Positions 12,201 to 24,646 of a DNA stretch of 64,000 nucleotides are shown here, one piece after another. This stretch comes from Selaginella moellendorffii (taxonomy: Eukaryota; Plantae; Lycopodiophyta). The position numbers and the translations under genes are program-made. The notes under the pieces are model-generated. The model was not told the origin of the DNA. It did not search any database and was given only the letters and a program-made list of their open reading frames with translations. Location: contig NW_003314269.1 in the NCBI RefSeq assembly GCF_000143415.4, positions 2,597,060-2,661,059 on the forward strand. The letters are read 5' to 3'. Within the stretch, counting starts at the first letter, position 1. The number at the start of each line of letters is the position of its first letter.

Positions 12201-12823
12201 TCGTGTGCAAGCACCTGAGAGACGCGGCCAACCACGTCGTGTTCGTGATCGACAAGTCGGGATCCATGGGCTCCCCGGATGCGAAGCCGAGGATGGCGAG
12301 CTTTCCTCCCAGCCGGCTGGGATGCGTGTACGAGGCCATGGTGAGGTTCATCCGGACGAGGCAGGCAGCGGGGATCCGCGACTTCATGTCGGTGGTGCTG
12401 TTTGAGAGCTCGGCGGTGATAGCTATGGAGAAGGTGGCGATGGCGGAGTCGCAGGTTTACGCGCTGCTCGGACACGACAGCTCGGGTGGGACGGTCTACT
12501 CGGCGGGGCTCCAGCTCGCGGAGGAGATACTTGGGAGGTCTGCAGGGGATGCGAAGGCTCCGGCGATTATCTTCTTGAGCGATGGTGGGAATGCTGGTGG
12601 GAGTGATCCGGTGGCGTTCGTGAGGAAGATCAAGAGCATGGAGCCGAGGCTGGTTGTGCACACGATCGTGTTTGGGAGTGACTTGTCGCCGAGGAAGGTG
12701 TTGGTGGACATGGCTCGCGAGGGCGGGGGTGTGTTCCAGGTGAGCTTGGATGAATTGCAGCTGGGCAGGAGCTTCAAGGCACTCGCGAAAAGTCTCCATC
12801 CCACGGTGGCTTCGCTCGTCTAG
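6250..12823 (+). CDS. Giant (~2,170 aa) protein: unknown N-terminus, VLIG/GBP-type GTPase, Cys/His-rich zinc-finger array, VWA domain; one apparent frameshift near 10372
   Basis: Exon 1 6250-10023, 57-nt GT-AG intron 10024-10080, exon 2 from 10081. G1 GKQSSGKS, G2 RCTDGVW, G3 DFEG, putative G4 IKDV. Cys/His repeats ~10920-12210. VWA MIDAS VFVIDKSGSMG ... GGT ... IIFLSDG. Confidence 0.85.
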
Positions 12824-13769
12824 AGCTTGACGAAGGATTCTCTTTGTCTGATACGTTTTGCTAAAGGACAATTGTTTTTGTTTGAAGACTATGGTTTCAA
12901 GTGTTTTCAAACCGTAGATCACAAACTGGACGGTCTCCTTCCTATGCTTGATTATTCTTATATTTGCAATCCTGGAGATTTGTGATATTGACCAGGCAGA
13001 TTTAAGATATCTTTTATCTTGGTATCCTAGACATGTGCATATGAGGGGCAACATTTGCCCAGGCGAGGTTATGTCTTACTAAAACCACCATGCCCTACTG
13101 TATTGTATACATTATGCTAGAATCCTGCACATGAGGGGCGAACCATGGGTGATATTTAGAGCTGTGCATCACTAAAACCACCATGCCAATCCTAGGAACA
13201 TGCTCTAAGACTCTATAGTGTATGCATTAAGTACTCTATACTGTATATTAGAAACCTGCACAAGGTGTGAACTGTGGGTGATATCTCTAAGTCCCAGGAT
13301 CATGCTCTAAGATGCTGTATTGTATGCATTGACCATATATTGCTGATTTGCACTAAAGCAAATAGGACTTTTGATATGGTATTAGTTATATTTTTGCAAC
13401 ACCAATGCTAACCATATGAAGAGGCTTAAAGATACTATAAGTGACAAAATTTAATATAGTACCTAAAGAATAGCTAATTGTTACACTCATCTCAGATAAA
13501 ATTCAAAACTTTGAAAATTTTGGTTTCAATTTTGAAAGGCGGAGAGTTGAAAATATGAGTGATATAATTAGCACTATTCCTACAAAGATGTATAAGGAGG
13601 TAGTTAAATTTATTGGTACCATCTCTAAGCAGAAGTAAAGTAAAATAAACTTGATTCAAACACGAGTGTGAGATTCTCTCCGTGAACTACATCATTACAC
13701 TTGCAAAGAAGTACAAACTCAAAAAATAAGATAACTTTTAGAAAACTAAAAAAAAAATTTAGAGCTAAC

Positions 13770-13950
13770 TATAAACTATTGAATTTAAATTTCTCAAGAG
13801 GCCATCCAACTCAATATTATTCAAACTTAAAAATAGTTAATCCAAATATTTCAATACTCTTAACTAATTGAAAAAAGGGTGCACTTTTATTTATAGGCCC
13901 TTTCCCTTTACATTTGAACCTTTCTCAAGTTATTCTTTTTAGTTAACTAA
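13770..13950 (-). mobile_element. Decayed solo LTR of the 5S-bearing TRIM family (see 40010-40464)
   Basis: Colinear with 40010-40195 (ataaact..gaattt, ttaact.attg.aaa.gggtgcactttt.tt.ataggcc.tt.cccttta.atttgaa) with many C>T and G>A changes. Confidence 0.7.
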
Positions 13951-14829
13951 ATTAAATTTGCTCAGATTATTGATGTTTATTCTCTATTGATAATATAAAT
14001 TCTTATATTTTATGAAATAAATATAAAAATATACCTTTTATTTTATATACTACTACTAGTAATACTTGTGTATCTTTACCATTTCAAAAAAAAATTCATA
14101 ATAGTCTTTTGGAGACATGATGTTGTAACGCATCGTGAGAATATATATATCATTATATCAATTGTTGCTATTATTTCTACAAAAAAACTAATAATTAAGT
14201 AAGATTGTTTGAGAAAGTTATAAATTTTAATTTTCTAGGGGGGCATTTTTTTACACACAATTTGTTACATATTTATCTCCAATGTATTATCATTATCCTT
14301 ATTATCATTTTTTTTCTTATGTTATTTGATTGTGCTATGTAAGAAGATAGTGATTATAACTCTTGACTCTTACCTCAATAAAAAACATCATAAAAGTTGA
14401 AATTATCAATATTAAAAATCACAAATATTTGTGTATTTCTCTCTCTTCAAATGAAAGTAAAAGTTAAAATCCATAAATTCTAGACATTATGCTATAACAA
14501 ATCTTTCAAAAATATATAATTTAGAAAAGAACTAAATCTTTCTTTTATATATAATAAATTTATATTAAAAATTGTACTTTACCATTTAAACTATTGCATT
14601 GCTTTGTAAAAAAAATTTATTTCAAATTTATAATTTAAATTTAAATAAACTTTGTGAGGGCCAAGTGTACGGCTATGATGCTGTATACTAATATTAGCGT
14701 AGTGGGATTTTGGTAGCCATCGGATTAATTTCAATTCGGACCACTCACTCTTGTATATAAGCTAGAGATTTTTGGGTTAATGGATATGCACATTTCTATA
14801 TTCCCTTTCCATATTTTATGCACTTACAT

Positions 14830-14845
14830 TGGTGGAGGTGAGGGG
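14830..14845 (+). promoter_or_regulatory. Primer binding site of family A, probably tRNA-Ala
   Basis: TGGTGGAG directly after the 5' LTR is complementary to a tRNA 3' end CUCCACCA, typical of tRNA-Ala. Repeated at 20118. Confidence 0.6.
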
Positions 14846-15959
14846 CATCTTTGATTGTCCCTGAAGAGTGCTTAAATTTGGGATTTTGGTTTAGATTTAA
14901 CTTTTGCATCGTCTAAATTTAATTTTTTCCATTTCCTTTCTTTTTGTTCTTCCATTTCAAGATTTTGGTTTAGATCTAGCTTTTTGCATTGTCTAGATCT
15001 ATTATTTCCTTCTAGCTTTTTTCTTTTGCTCTTTTTTTTTCATTCATCTTCATGGCAGATCAGCAATCTCTTCCTTTAATTCTAGAGCAATAGTTGATCC
15101 AATTGCTTAATGCTATGCACTTGCAATTGAACAACCAAACTCAATTGATGGTAGCATTCATGGCACGTGGTCCAACTCCTCCTACTCTTGGTGCCAATCC
15201 TCGCATTCGGCCGGAGTTTTTTCGTGGGAATCCTAGGGATGATATGTACCATTGGTTCGATCACTTCACAATGATTGCCACATATCATTCTTGGGATGAT
15301 GCTCGACGTTTGCATGAGTTTCCCACGTGTCTCCAAGGGACGGCATTGCAGTGGTACAATGGATTGAGTGCGGCCACTCGTGGGGATTGGAGTGTTCTTT
15401 CAGACATTTTCAAACACGCCTTTGGACATGCCGACGATTGTGATGATGCCTTCCAACAATGGCATCGTCTTTGCCAAGGGCCATCTAAGTCGGTGATGCA
15501 ATTTGGCATTTGTTTCCAAAGTCTTTTGCTTCGTGTGGAGCCCAATATGTCGAAGCGGATCAAGCTAGGAATGTTGTGGCCAACACTTTGTCAAGATCTT
15601 GTCAGCCTTGTGCATGCACTTGCTCTTGCCACCCTTGACGATGCTCTTCGCTTGGCACAACGTTATAAGATGTCGCCTCTTCCACTTCTCGCTGCCCGTC
15701 CTTCAGCTCCACTTTCTATGAGTGATGGTCCTGTTCCAATGGAGGTTGATGATGCTGCTACTCGAGTCCAAGGACAAGGGTGAGGACGTGGTTGTGGCCA
15801 TGATGTTCGTTGCTGGGCGTGTGATGAAGTTGGTCATACTTATCGGCGTTGTCGACGCTTTCCGGATTGGCGACCTCCATTTCCTGGGTGGAGACCTTGG
15901 CGTCAGCAATGTCCCATTGGTGCTGCTGCGGTGGAAAGTTTAGACACTGAGGTGCATCT

Positions 15960-16023
15960 GGGAAACGAGGAGTCGCGCGAGTAACGGAGGGACCTTACAC
16001 GAATAAGTTAGTGACCCCTCCAT
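15960..16023 (+). other. Putative -1 programmed ribosomal frameshift signal at the gag/pol junction
   Basis: G_GGA_AAC in the gag frame (gag stop 15982-15984). pol continues in the -1 frame. 6-nt spacer, then a potential pseudoknot that is better preserved in A2 (21261-21311). Confidence 0.8.
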
Positions 16024-19000
16024 CTTTCTTTCGGGAGTATCATCAAGGGGTTTACTCGACACCGGTTCATCCAGTGTTTACTTTCCAAGCTCGTTTTTAT
16101 AATAAGAGGTCTGCTATTATTCTCTCCGTGTTGGTTGATACAGGTTCAAGTTTATCTTCTAGTGCTCGACCGGTTGCCACACATTGTCATCTACACTTGC
16201 GTCGTGCGGTGGACCCAGTTTTCATTCTTTATGGCAACGACACATGTGCACAAGATATGTGCACAAGATAAGGTGGACCTGGTTGTGCATGTGGGCAATC
16301 TTGAGTTTGAGCTACAGTCGTTGCGGGTGGTGCTGAGTCAAGCTTTTGACCTCATTTTTGGTATGGATTGGTTGCAGCACAATCATGCCAAATGTGACTT
16401 TAAGGCTTCTCCCCTTTGTCTCATACTTCTTTATGTTTCATCCATTCCTCTCACTTCCATACCTCTTCGTCCCTTTACTTTTACCTCTGCTTCCATTACT
16501 TTTGTTCCCCCACTATTTCCTCCTGTATTTCCATTTTGTTCTGCTCTTCCCTTTTTTGATCCCCCCGACGATCTTTGTGTTGCAGCAGTTGACCGGCTCA
16601 TGAAGGAGTATTTTGATCTCTTTAAATTTGACCTATCGTCTGGGGCCAAAATTGCCACACGTCATCCGATTCCAACCGGGGATGCTCGTCTAATCAAGGT
16701 TCCTGTTCGTCGTCGGTCACCCAAGGAGATCAAGATTTTACGTGCAAACGTCAAGGAGATGTTGGAGAAGGGTGTTATTCGGAAGTCGCGGAGTCCTTGG
16801 GCATGTGAACCTCATCTTGTGACAAAGCCTGATGGGAGTATTCATTTCTGCATCGACTATCATCCGTTAAATGAAGTGACGATCCCGGATGTGTACCCTC
16901 TTCCTCACACTGCTGATCTCTTGGATCGTCTAGGGCAAAGTCGTTGGTTCACCAAGCTAGATCTTGCTTCTGGGTACTGGCAAGTACCGATGGCCAACAA
17001 AGATATTCCTAAGACTGTTTTTCATATACCATTTAGTTTGTATGAGTTTTTGGTGATGCCGTTTGGTTTGAACAATGTTCCAACAACTTTTTAGTAGATA
17101 ATGGACGAGGTTCTTTATGATATGCTAGAGGTGACTGCTGACTTCATTGATGATGTCTTGATTCACTCGGAAGGGACGTGAGAGGAGCACATTCGTGATG
17201 TGTGTAAAGTGTTCGATCGGCTATAGGACATTAGTTTAAAGCTGTAGTGGTCGAAGTGCGTGTTTGGGTCCAAGGACACAACTTATCTTGGGTACCGTAT
17301 TTCTCGTGAAGGTTTGCAAATTGATCTTGACAAACTTGTAACCATTCTAACGTTCCCTACTTCGAAGTGTGTGAATGATGTGCAATGCTTCCTGGGCAAG
17401 GTGCAGTATCTCGGTCCTTTTGTGGATCATCTTTCTGATCGCATTGCACCGTTGCGAGCATTGCTGAAGTCATCAACGTTATCTTTCATCTGATCTTTAG
17501 ATTGTGAGCGGGCGTTTGTGGATCTCAAAGAGCTATTGATGACTCCTCCGTTTTTGGCATATCCTGACTACACTTGACCTTTTATTTTGCGCATTGATGC
17601 TTCTGATATTGGTCTTGGAGGTGTGTTAATGCAAGAAAGCCCGAGTGTGCATCGTTAGCGTCATCCCATTGCATATATAAGCTGTATGTTACAACCAGCA
17701 GATGTGAACTACTCCACGACAAAGGAGTGTTTAGTGGCAGTTTGGGGTTTCGAGAAACTTCATGCATATCTACATGGTTCTCGGATGTTACTTGAAGGTG
17801 ACCATGCTGCTGTTACTTCATTATTGAAGTAGAAGAACGTGGTTGGTCGTACTGCTCGGTGGGCTTTGAAGCTTCAGATATATGATTTTGATGTTGTTCA
17901 TCGCTTAAGGAGTTTTATGGCTGATGCTAATGCCCTTTCTCGAGCTCCTCTCCTTTCTCCACTCTCTTCTCGTGTTTCTGATAAGCCTGTTGTTCCAGCA
18001 TCTGTGGATTTTCTAAACGAGGATTCTGTGCCGTTGGCGGTTGCTGTACTTGACGTTCAGTGTCCACAAGGTGCAGAGCAAGATCTACCTTCTCTTGATG
18101 AGTTTCGCGAAGCTCAAAAGATTGAGCCGTAGATTCGAAGGCTCCAAGATGCGTTTTAGAATCCTGCATCACTTGCTGATGACTTGCCTTTCCGGCATTT
18201 ACATTCTCAATATCGCTTTGAAGGTGGCCTTCTTTATTTTGTGGGGACAAATCCTGATAATCATTTACGGCTGGTGGTGCCTTCTGTCTTTATTCCGTGG
18301 TTTCTCTATGCCTACCATGATTCTCCTGTTCTATGTGGGCATATGGGACATCATCGTGTGACCGAGAAGCTGCGCAGGTCTTTCTATTAGCCGGAGATGC
18401 GAAGTAATGTTATCCAGTATGTGCGTAGCTACGTTTGGTGCCAAGCTCGTAATACTCCCCCTTGTGCTGCGGAAGGACGGTTGGAGTCAATTGCAGTTTC
18501 CCATCTGTTTGAGTTGGTGGCGTTTGATCTTATGGGACCTTTTCCACAGTCAACTGCTAGCAATGAGTATGTTATTATTGCTTCTGACTACTTGACTCGT
18601 TGGATGGAAGTTGGTGCCCTTGCTAGTGCCTCTGCAATTGCTGTTGGATACTTCCTCCTCAATCAAGTGGTGTTCCAGCATTCTTGTCCAGAGTGGATTC
18701 TTTCGGATAATAGTCCTGCATTTATGGCTGAGGTATTTCATATTTTGACGTCTCGGTTAGGGATACGCTACACTTTTACAAGTGCTTATCATCCACAATC
18801 AGACGGTCTGGTGGAACGGCTCGTTCAGACATTCAAAGGGATGATTGCGAAGTATGTGAACTTTCAGCATTCGGATTAGGATGGTTATTTGCCATCTCTT
18901 CGGTATACCTATGTCACAAGGGTGCAGAGTTCTATTGGTGCTTCACCATATAAACTTTTATATGGTCATGATCCAATATTACCAACGGAGCTGGGTATAC

Positions 19001-19942
19001 CTTCATGATTGCCACGAGCTCCTGATGCTAGGTCATGGAATTAATATTTGACGAGCATTCTTCCATTTGTCCGAGCAGAGTTTGCCGAACACTTAGGCCG
19101 CATACAAGTGGGACAACAATGGCACTACAACTCCCATCATCATCCACCTGTAGAGTACAAAGTGGATGATTTAGTGTTAGTTCATTTTCCCCATCTTACG
19201 GTACGTGGTTTATCTAAGGGGCTCCTTGTGCACTGAAAAAGGACCATATCGGGTGTTGTGGCAAGTTGGACCGCAACTTTATCAGGTTCGGCATGACATC
19301 CAGCAGGCCGATCCTCCAGAGATTGTGCATGTGCAGCGGTTGAAACACTTTATACAAAGGGATTAGAAGTAGTTAATACTGTTTACAGATCCGCCAATGC
19401 TTCCTCCTGACGTTCCTCCAGATCCCGGCCCATCTACAAGAGAACCCTGACGGCCTTCCATTATTCCAAGAGGAGGGGATGATGTGAAGGCCAAGTGTAC
19501 AGCTACAATGCCATATACTAATATTAGCGTAGTGGGATTTTGGTAGCCATCGAATTTGTTTCAATCCGGACCACTCGCTTTTGTATATAAGCTAGAGTTT
19601 TTTGGGCTAATGGATATGCACATTTCTGTATTCCCTTTCTATATTCCATGCATTCACAACTTAATATTTAAAAGCCACAAAACACATAATACAAATGTTA
19701 AGGAATTAATAAGATTCTTTTTTTTCAGATAAATTTTATTTTATTATGTTTTGAAAAAAATAAATATTTAAATTCTTAGACAAGAAGTCTCCTTGATAAC
19801 ATAAGTATAAATAGTTATGAAAATATTTTTAAAAATTTAAAATTATAATATTTATAGTGCTTATTAACTATTTGAGATATTTTCATGTAAATAATACAAA
19901 ATAAAATTTTTTAAAATTTATATCAACTTATTTATTAGGATA

Positions 19943-22900
19943 TGTGAGGGCCAAGTGTACAGCTACGATGCCGTATACTAATATTAGCGTAGTGGATTTT
20001 GGTAGCCATCGGATTGGTTTCAATCCGGACCACTCGCTCCTGTATATAAGCTAGGGTTTTTGGGCTAATTGAGATGCACATTTCTGTATTCCCTTTCCAT
20101 ATTCCAGGCACTCACATTGGTGGAGGTGAGGGGCACCTTTGATTGTCCCTGAGGAGTGTTTGGATTTGGGATTTTGGTTTAGATCTAGCTTTTGCATCGT
20201 CTAGATCTAGCTTTTTCCATTTCCTTTCTTTTGTTCTTTCTTTTGGTTTAGATTTAGCTTTTTGCGTTGTCTAGATCTACCATTTCCTTCTAGCTTTTTG
20301 TCATCTCTCTTCTTTTGCTCTTTCTTTTTCGCTCATCTTCATGGCAGATCCGCAATCTCCTCCTTTGACTCTAGAGCAGCAGTTGGTACAATTGCTTGAT
20401 GCTATGCGCTTGCAATTGAACAACCAAACTCAGTTGATAGCGGCGTTCACGGCACGTGGTACAACTCCTCCTGCTCTTGGTGCTAATCCTCGCGTTCGGC
20501 CGGAGTTCTTTCGCGGGAATCCTGGGGATGATGTGTACCATTGGTTCGATCACTTCACGGTGATTGCCACATATCATTCTTGGGATGATGCTCGACGTTT
20601 GCGTGAGTTTCCCACGTGTCTCCAAGGGACGGCGTTGCAGTGGTACAATGGTTTGAGCGCAGCCACTCGTGGGGATTGGAGTGTTCTCCCGGACGTCTTC
20701 AAACGCGCCTTCGGCCATGCCGATGATTGTGATGATGCTTTCCAACAATTGCATCGTCTTCGCCAAGGGCCATCTGAGTCGGTGATGCAATTTGGCGTTC
20801 GTTTCCAAAGTCTTTTGCTTCGTGCGGAGCCAAATATGTTGGAGCGGATCAAGCTAGGAATGTTGTGGCCAGCACTTCGTCAAGATCTTGTCGGACTTGT
20901 GCATGCACTTGCTCCTACCACCCTTGACGATGCTCTTCGCTTGGCACAACGTTATGAGACGTCGCCTCTTCCACTTCTCGCTGCACGTCCTTCCGCTCCC
21001 CTTCCTATGGGTGATGGTCCTGTTCCAATGGAGGTTGATGCTGTTGCTGCTCGAGTCCAAGGACAAGCGCGAGGACGTGGTCGTGGCCGTGATGTTCGCT
21101 GCTAGGCGTGTGATGAAGTTGGTCATACTTATCGGCGTTGCCGTCGTTTTCCGGATTGGCGACCTCCATTTCCTGGGTGGAGACCTTGGCGTCAGCAACG
21201 TCCCGTGGGTGCTGCTGCAGTGGAAGGTCTGGACACCGAGATGCATCCGGGAACGAGGAGTCGCGCGAGTAATGGAGGGACCTTGCGCGAATAAATCAGT
21301 GACCCCTCCATCTTTCTTTCGGGAATATCATCAAGGGGTTCACTCGGCACCGGTTCATCCCGTGTTTACTTTCCAAGCTCGTTTTTATAATAAGAGGTCT
21401 GCTATTATTCTCTCCGTGTTGGTTGATACAGGTTCAAGTTTATCTTCTATTGCTCGACCTGTTACCACACGTTGTCGTCTACACTTGCGTCGTGCGGCGG
21501 AACCAATTTTCATTCTTTATGGCAACGGCCGTACACATGCATGTGCACGGGATGAGGTGGACTTGCTTGTGCGTGTGGGCGATCTCGAGCCTGAGTTGCA
21601 GTCGTTGCGGGTGGTGCTGAGTCAAGCTTTTGACCTCATTTTTGGTATGGATTGGTTGCAGCGCAATCATGCCAAGTGTGACTTTGAGGCTTCTCCCCCT
21701 TGTCTCATACTTCCTTATGTTTCATCCATTCCTCTCACTTCCATACCTCTTCGTCCCTCTACTTCTACCTCTGCTTCCATTACTTTTGATCCCCCACTCT
21801 TTCCTTCTGTGTTTTCATCTTGTTCTGCTTTTCCTTTTTCCGATTCCTCCGACGATCTTTGTGTTGCAGCAGTTGACCGGCTCATGAAGGAGTATTCTGA
21901 TCTCTTTCAATTTGACCTATCGTCTGGGGCCAAAATTGCCACACGTCATCCGATTCCAACCGGGGATGCTCGTCTAATCAAGGTTCCTGTTCGTCGTCGG
22001 TCACCCATGGAGATCAAGATTTTACGAGCCAACGTCAAGGAAATGCTGGAGAAGGGTGTTATTCGGAAGTCGCGGAGTCCTTGGGCATGTGAACCTCATC
22101 TTATGACGAAGCCTGATGGGAGTATTCATTTCTGCATCGACTATCGCCCGTTAAACGAAGTGACGATCCCAGATGTGTATCCCAGATGGGCTTTGAAGCT
22201 TCAGATATATGATTTTGATGTTGTTCATCGCTTAAGGAGTTCTATGGCTGATGCTAATGCCCTTTCTCGAGCTCCTCTCCTTTCTCCACTCACTTCTCAT
22301 GTTTCTGACGAACCTGTTGTTCCAGCATCTGTGGATTTTCTAGATGAGGATTCTGTGCCGTCAGCGGTTGCTGTCCTTGACGTTCAGTGTCCACAACGCG
22401 CAGAGCAAGATCTACCTTCTGTTGATGAGGTTCGCGAGGCTCAAAAGATTGAGCCGTGGATTCGAAGGCTTCGAGATGGGTTTTAGAATCCTGCATCACT
22501 TGCTGATGACTTGCCTTTCTGGCATTTACATTCTCAATATCGCCTTGAAGATGGCCTTCTTTATTTTGTGGGGACGGATCCTGATGATCATTTACGGTTG
22601 GTGGTGCCTTCGGTGTTTATTCTGCGGTTTCTCCATGCCTACCATGATTCTCCTGTTCTAGGTGGGCATATGGGACACCGTCATGTCACCGAGAAGTTGC
22701 GCAGGTCTTTCTATTGGCCGGAGATGCGACGTGATATTATCCGGTATGTGCGTAGCTGCGTTTGGTGCCAAGCTCGTAATACTCCCCCTTGTGCTGCGGA
22801 AGGACGGTTGGAGTCAATTGCAGTTTCCCGTCCGTTTGAGTTGGTGGCGTTTGATCTTATGGGACCTTTTCCACGATCGACTGCTGGCAATGAGTATGTT

Positions 22901-23729
22901 ATTATTGCTTCTGACTACTTGACTCGTTGGGTGGAAGTTGGTGCTCTTGCTAACGCCTCTGCAACTGCTGTTGGATACTTCCTCCTCAATCGAGTGGTGT
23001 TTCAACATTCTTGTCCAGAGCGGATTCTTTCGGATAATGGTCCTGCATTTATGGCTGAGGTATTTCATGTTTTGACATCTCGGTTGGGGATACGCCACAC
23101 TTTTACGAGTGCTTATCATCCACAATCAGACGGTCTGGTGGAACGGCTCGTTCGGACATTCAAAGGGATGATTGCGAAGTATGTGAACTTTCAACATTCG
23201 GATTGGGATGGTTATTTGCCGTCTCTTCGGTATGCCTATGTCACAGGGGTGCAGAGTTCTGTTGGTGCTTCACCATATAAACTTCTATATGGTCATGATC
23301 CAATATTACCAACAGAGCTAGGTTTACCTTCACGATTGCCACGAGCTCCTGATGCTAGGTCATAGGATCAGTATTTTACAAGCATTCTTCCACTTGTCCG
23401 AGCAGAGTCTGCCGAACACTTAGGCCGCATACAAGTGGGACAACAACGGCGCTACAACTCCCATCATCGTCCACTTGCAGAGTACAAAGTGGATGATTTG
23501 GTGTTAATCCGTTTTCCCCATCTTATGGTACGTGGTTTATCTAAGGGGCTCCTTGCGCAGTGGAAAGGACCGTATCGGGTGTTGCGGCAAGTTGGACCGC
23601 AAGTTTATGAGGTTCGGCATGACGTTCAGCAGGCCGATCCTCCGGAGATTGTGCATGTGCAGCGGTTAAAACGCTTCATACAAAGGGATCAGGAGCAGTT
23701 AATACCGTCTACAGATCTGCCGATGCCTC
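19943..23729 (+). mobile_element. Family A copy A2, 5' part: LTR, gag, PR, RT/RH with a ~1-kb deletion, integrase
   Basis: LTR 19943-20116. gag from 20341, with TGG>TAG inside the zinc knuckle. Fusion junction PDVYP|RWALKLQ near 22183. Integrase 22511-23729. Confidence 0.93.
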
Positions 23730-24614
23730 TGTGAGACACAAAATCCCTAGGCCCCAAAGTAGAGCCGGAAAGGGCGCCACGTGGTTGTGGCCAAAGCGAG
23801 AGCCAAACGAGCGTAACACGTTTGGACCAAAAGCTCCGACTTGAAAAGTCAAGAGCGGGAGTGGAACTCCCAACGAAGTGCTCGAGGAACGAGCACGAAG
23901 CGAGCAAAAGGCGAGGCTCCAAAAAGGGACCCAAAAGGACCAACACATGACACGTGGGAGTGTCCGAGATGGACTCGAGTTGGAGTCCGAAGTGGAGTCC
24001 GAGATGGACCCGAGTTGGAGTCCGAAGTGGAGTCCGAGATGGACCCGAGTTGGAGTCCGAAGTGGAGTTCGAGATGGACCCGAGTTGGAGTCTGAAGTGG
24101 AGTCCGAGATGGACCCGAGATGGAGTCCGAGATGGAGTCCGAAGTGGAGTCCGAGGTGGACCCGAGATGGACCCGAGTTGGAGTCCGAAGTGGAGTCCGA
24201 GATGGACCCGAGATGGAGTCCGAGATGGAGTCCGAGATGGACCCGAAATGGAGTCCGAAGTGGAGTCCGAGATGGACCCGAGTTGGAGTCCGAAGTGGAG
24301 TCCGAGATGGACCCGAGATGGAGTCCAAGATGGAGTCTGAGATGGACCCGAGATGGACCCGAGTTGGAGTCCGAAGTGGAGTCCGAGATGGACCCGAGAT
24401 GGAGTCCGAGATGGAGTCCGAGATGGAGTCCGAGGTGGACCCGAGATGGACCCGAAATGGAGTCCGAGATGGAGTCCGAGATGGACCCGAGATAGAGTTC
24501 GAGATGGAGTCCGAGATGGACCCGAGATGGACCCGAGATGGAGTCCGGGATGGAGTCCGAGATGGAGTCCGAGATGGAGTCCGAGATGGAGTCCGAAGTC
24601 GAGACCGAGACCGG

Positions 24615-24646
<32 letters not shown>

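Larger units (their letters stand above)
14653..19658 (+). mobile_element. Full-length but defective Ty3/gypsy LTR retrotransposon, family A copy A1 (gag, PR, RT, RH, IN; no chromodomain)
   Basis: 176-bp TG..CA LTRs at 14653-14828 and 19483-19658. 4-bp TSD ACTT. PBS tggtggaggtgagggg, PPT aagaggaggggatga. Motifs CWACDEVGHTYRRC, LVDTGS, LDLASGYWQ, FIDD, integrase HHCC and GLVER. Many premature stops. Confidence 0.95.

Noticed and set aside
11273-13054. 593-aa minus-strand ORF and other ORFs overlapping the GTPase gene
   Set aside because: Antisense or alternate-frame shadows of GC-rich coding sequence with no motifs.
13030-13330. Short imperfect repeats (actaaaaccaccatgcc, catgctctaaga)
   Set aside because: Degenerate local duplications with no interpretable structure.
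21103-21105. Stop-codon readthrough at the end of A2 gag
   Set aside because: A1 has TGG at this position inside the zinc knuckle, so this is a TGG>TAG mutation.
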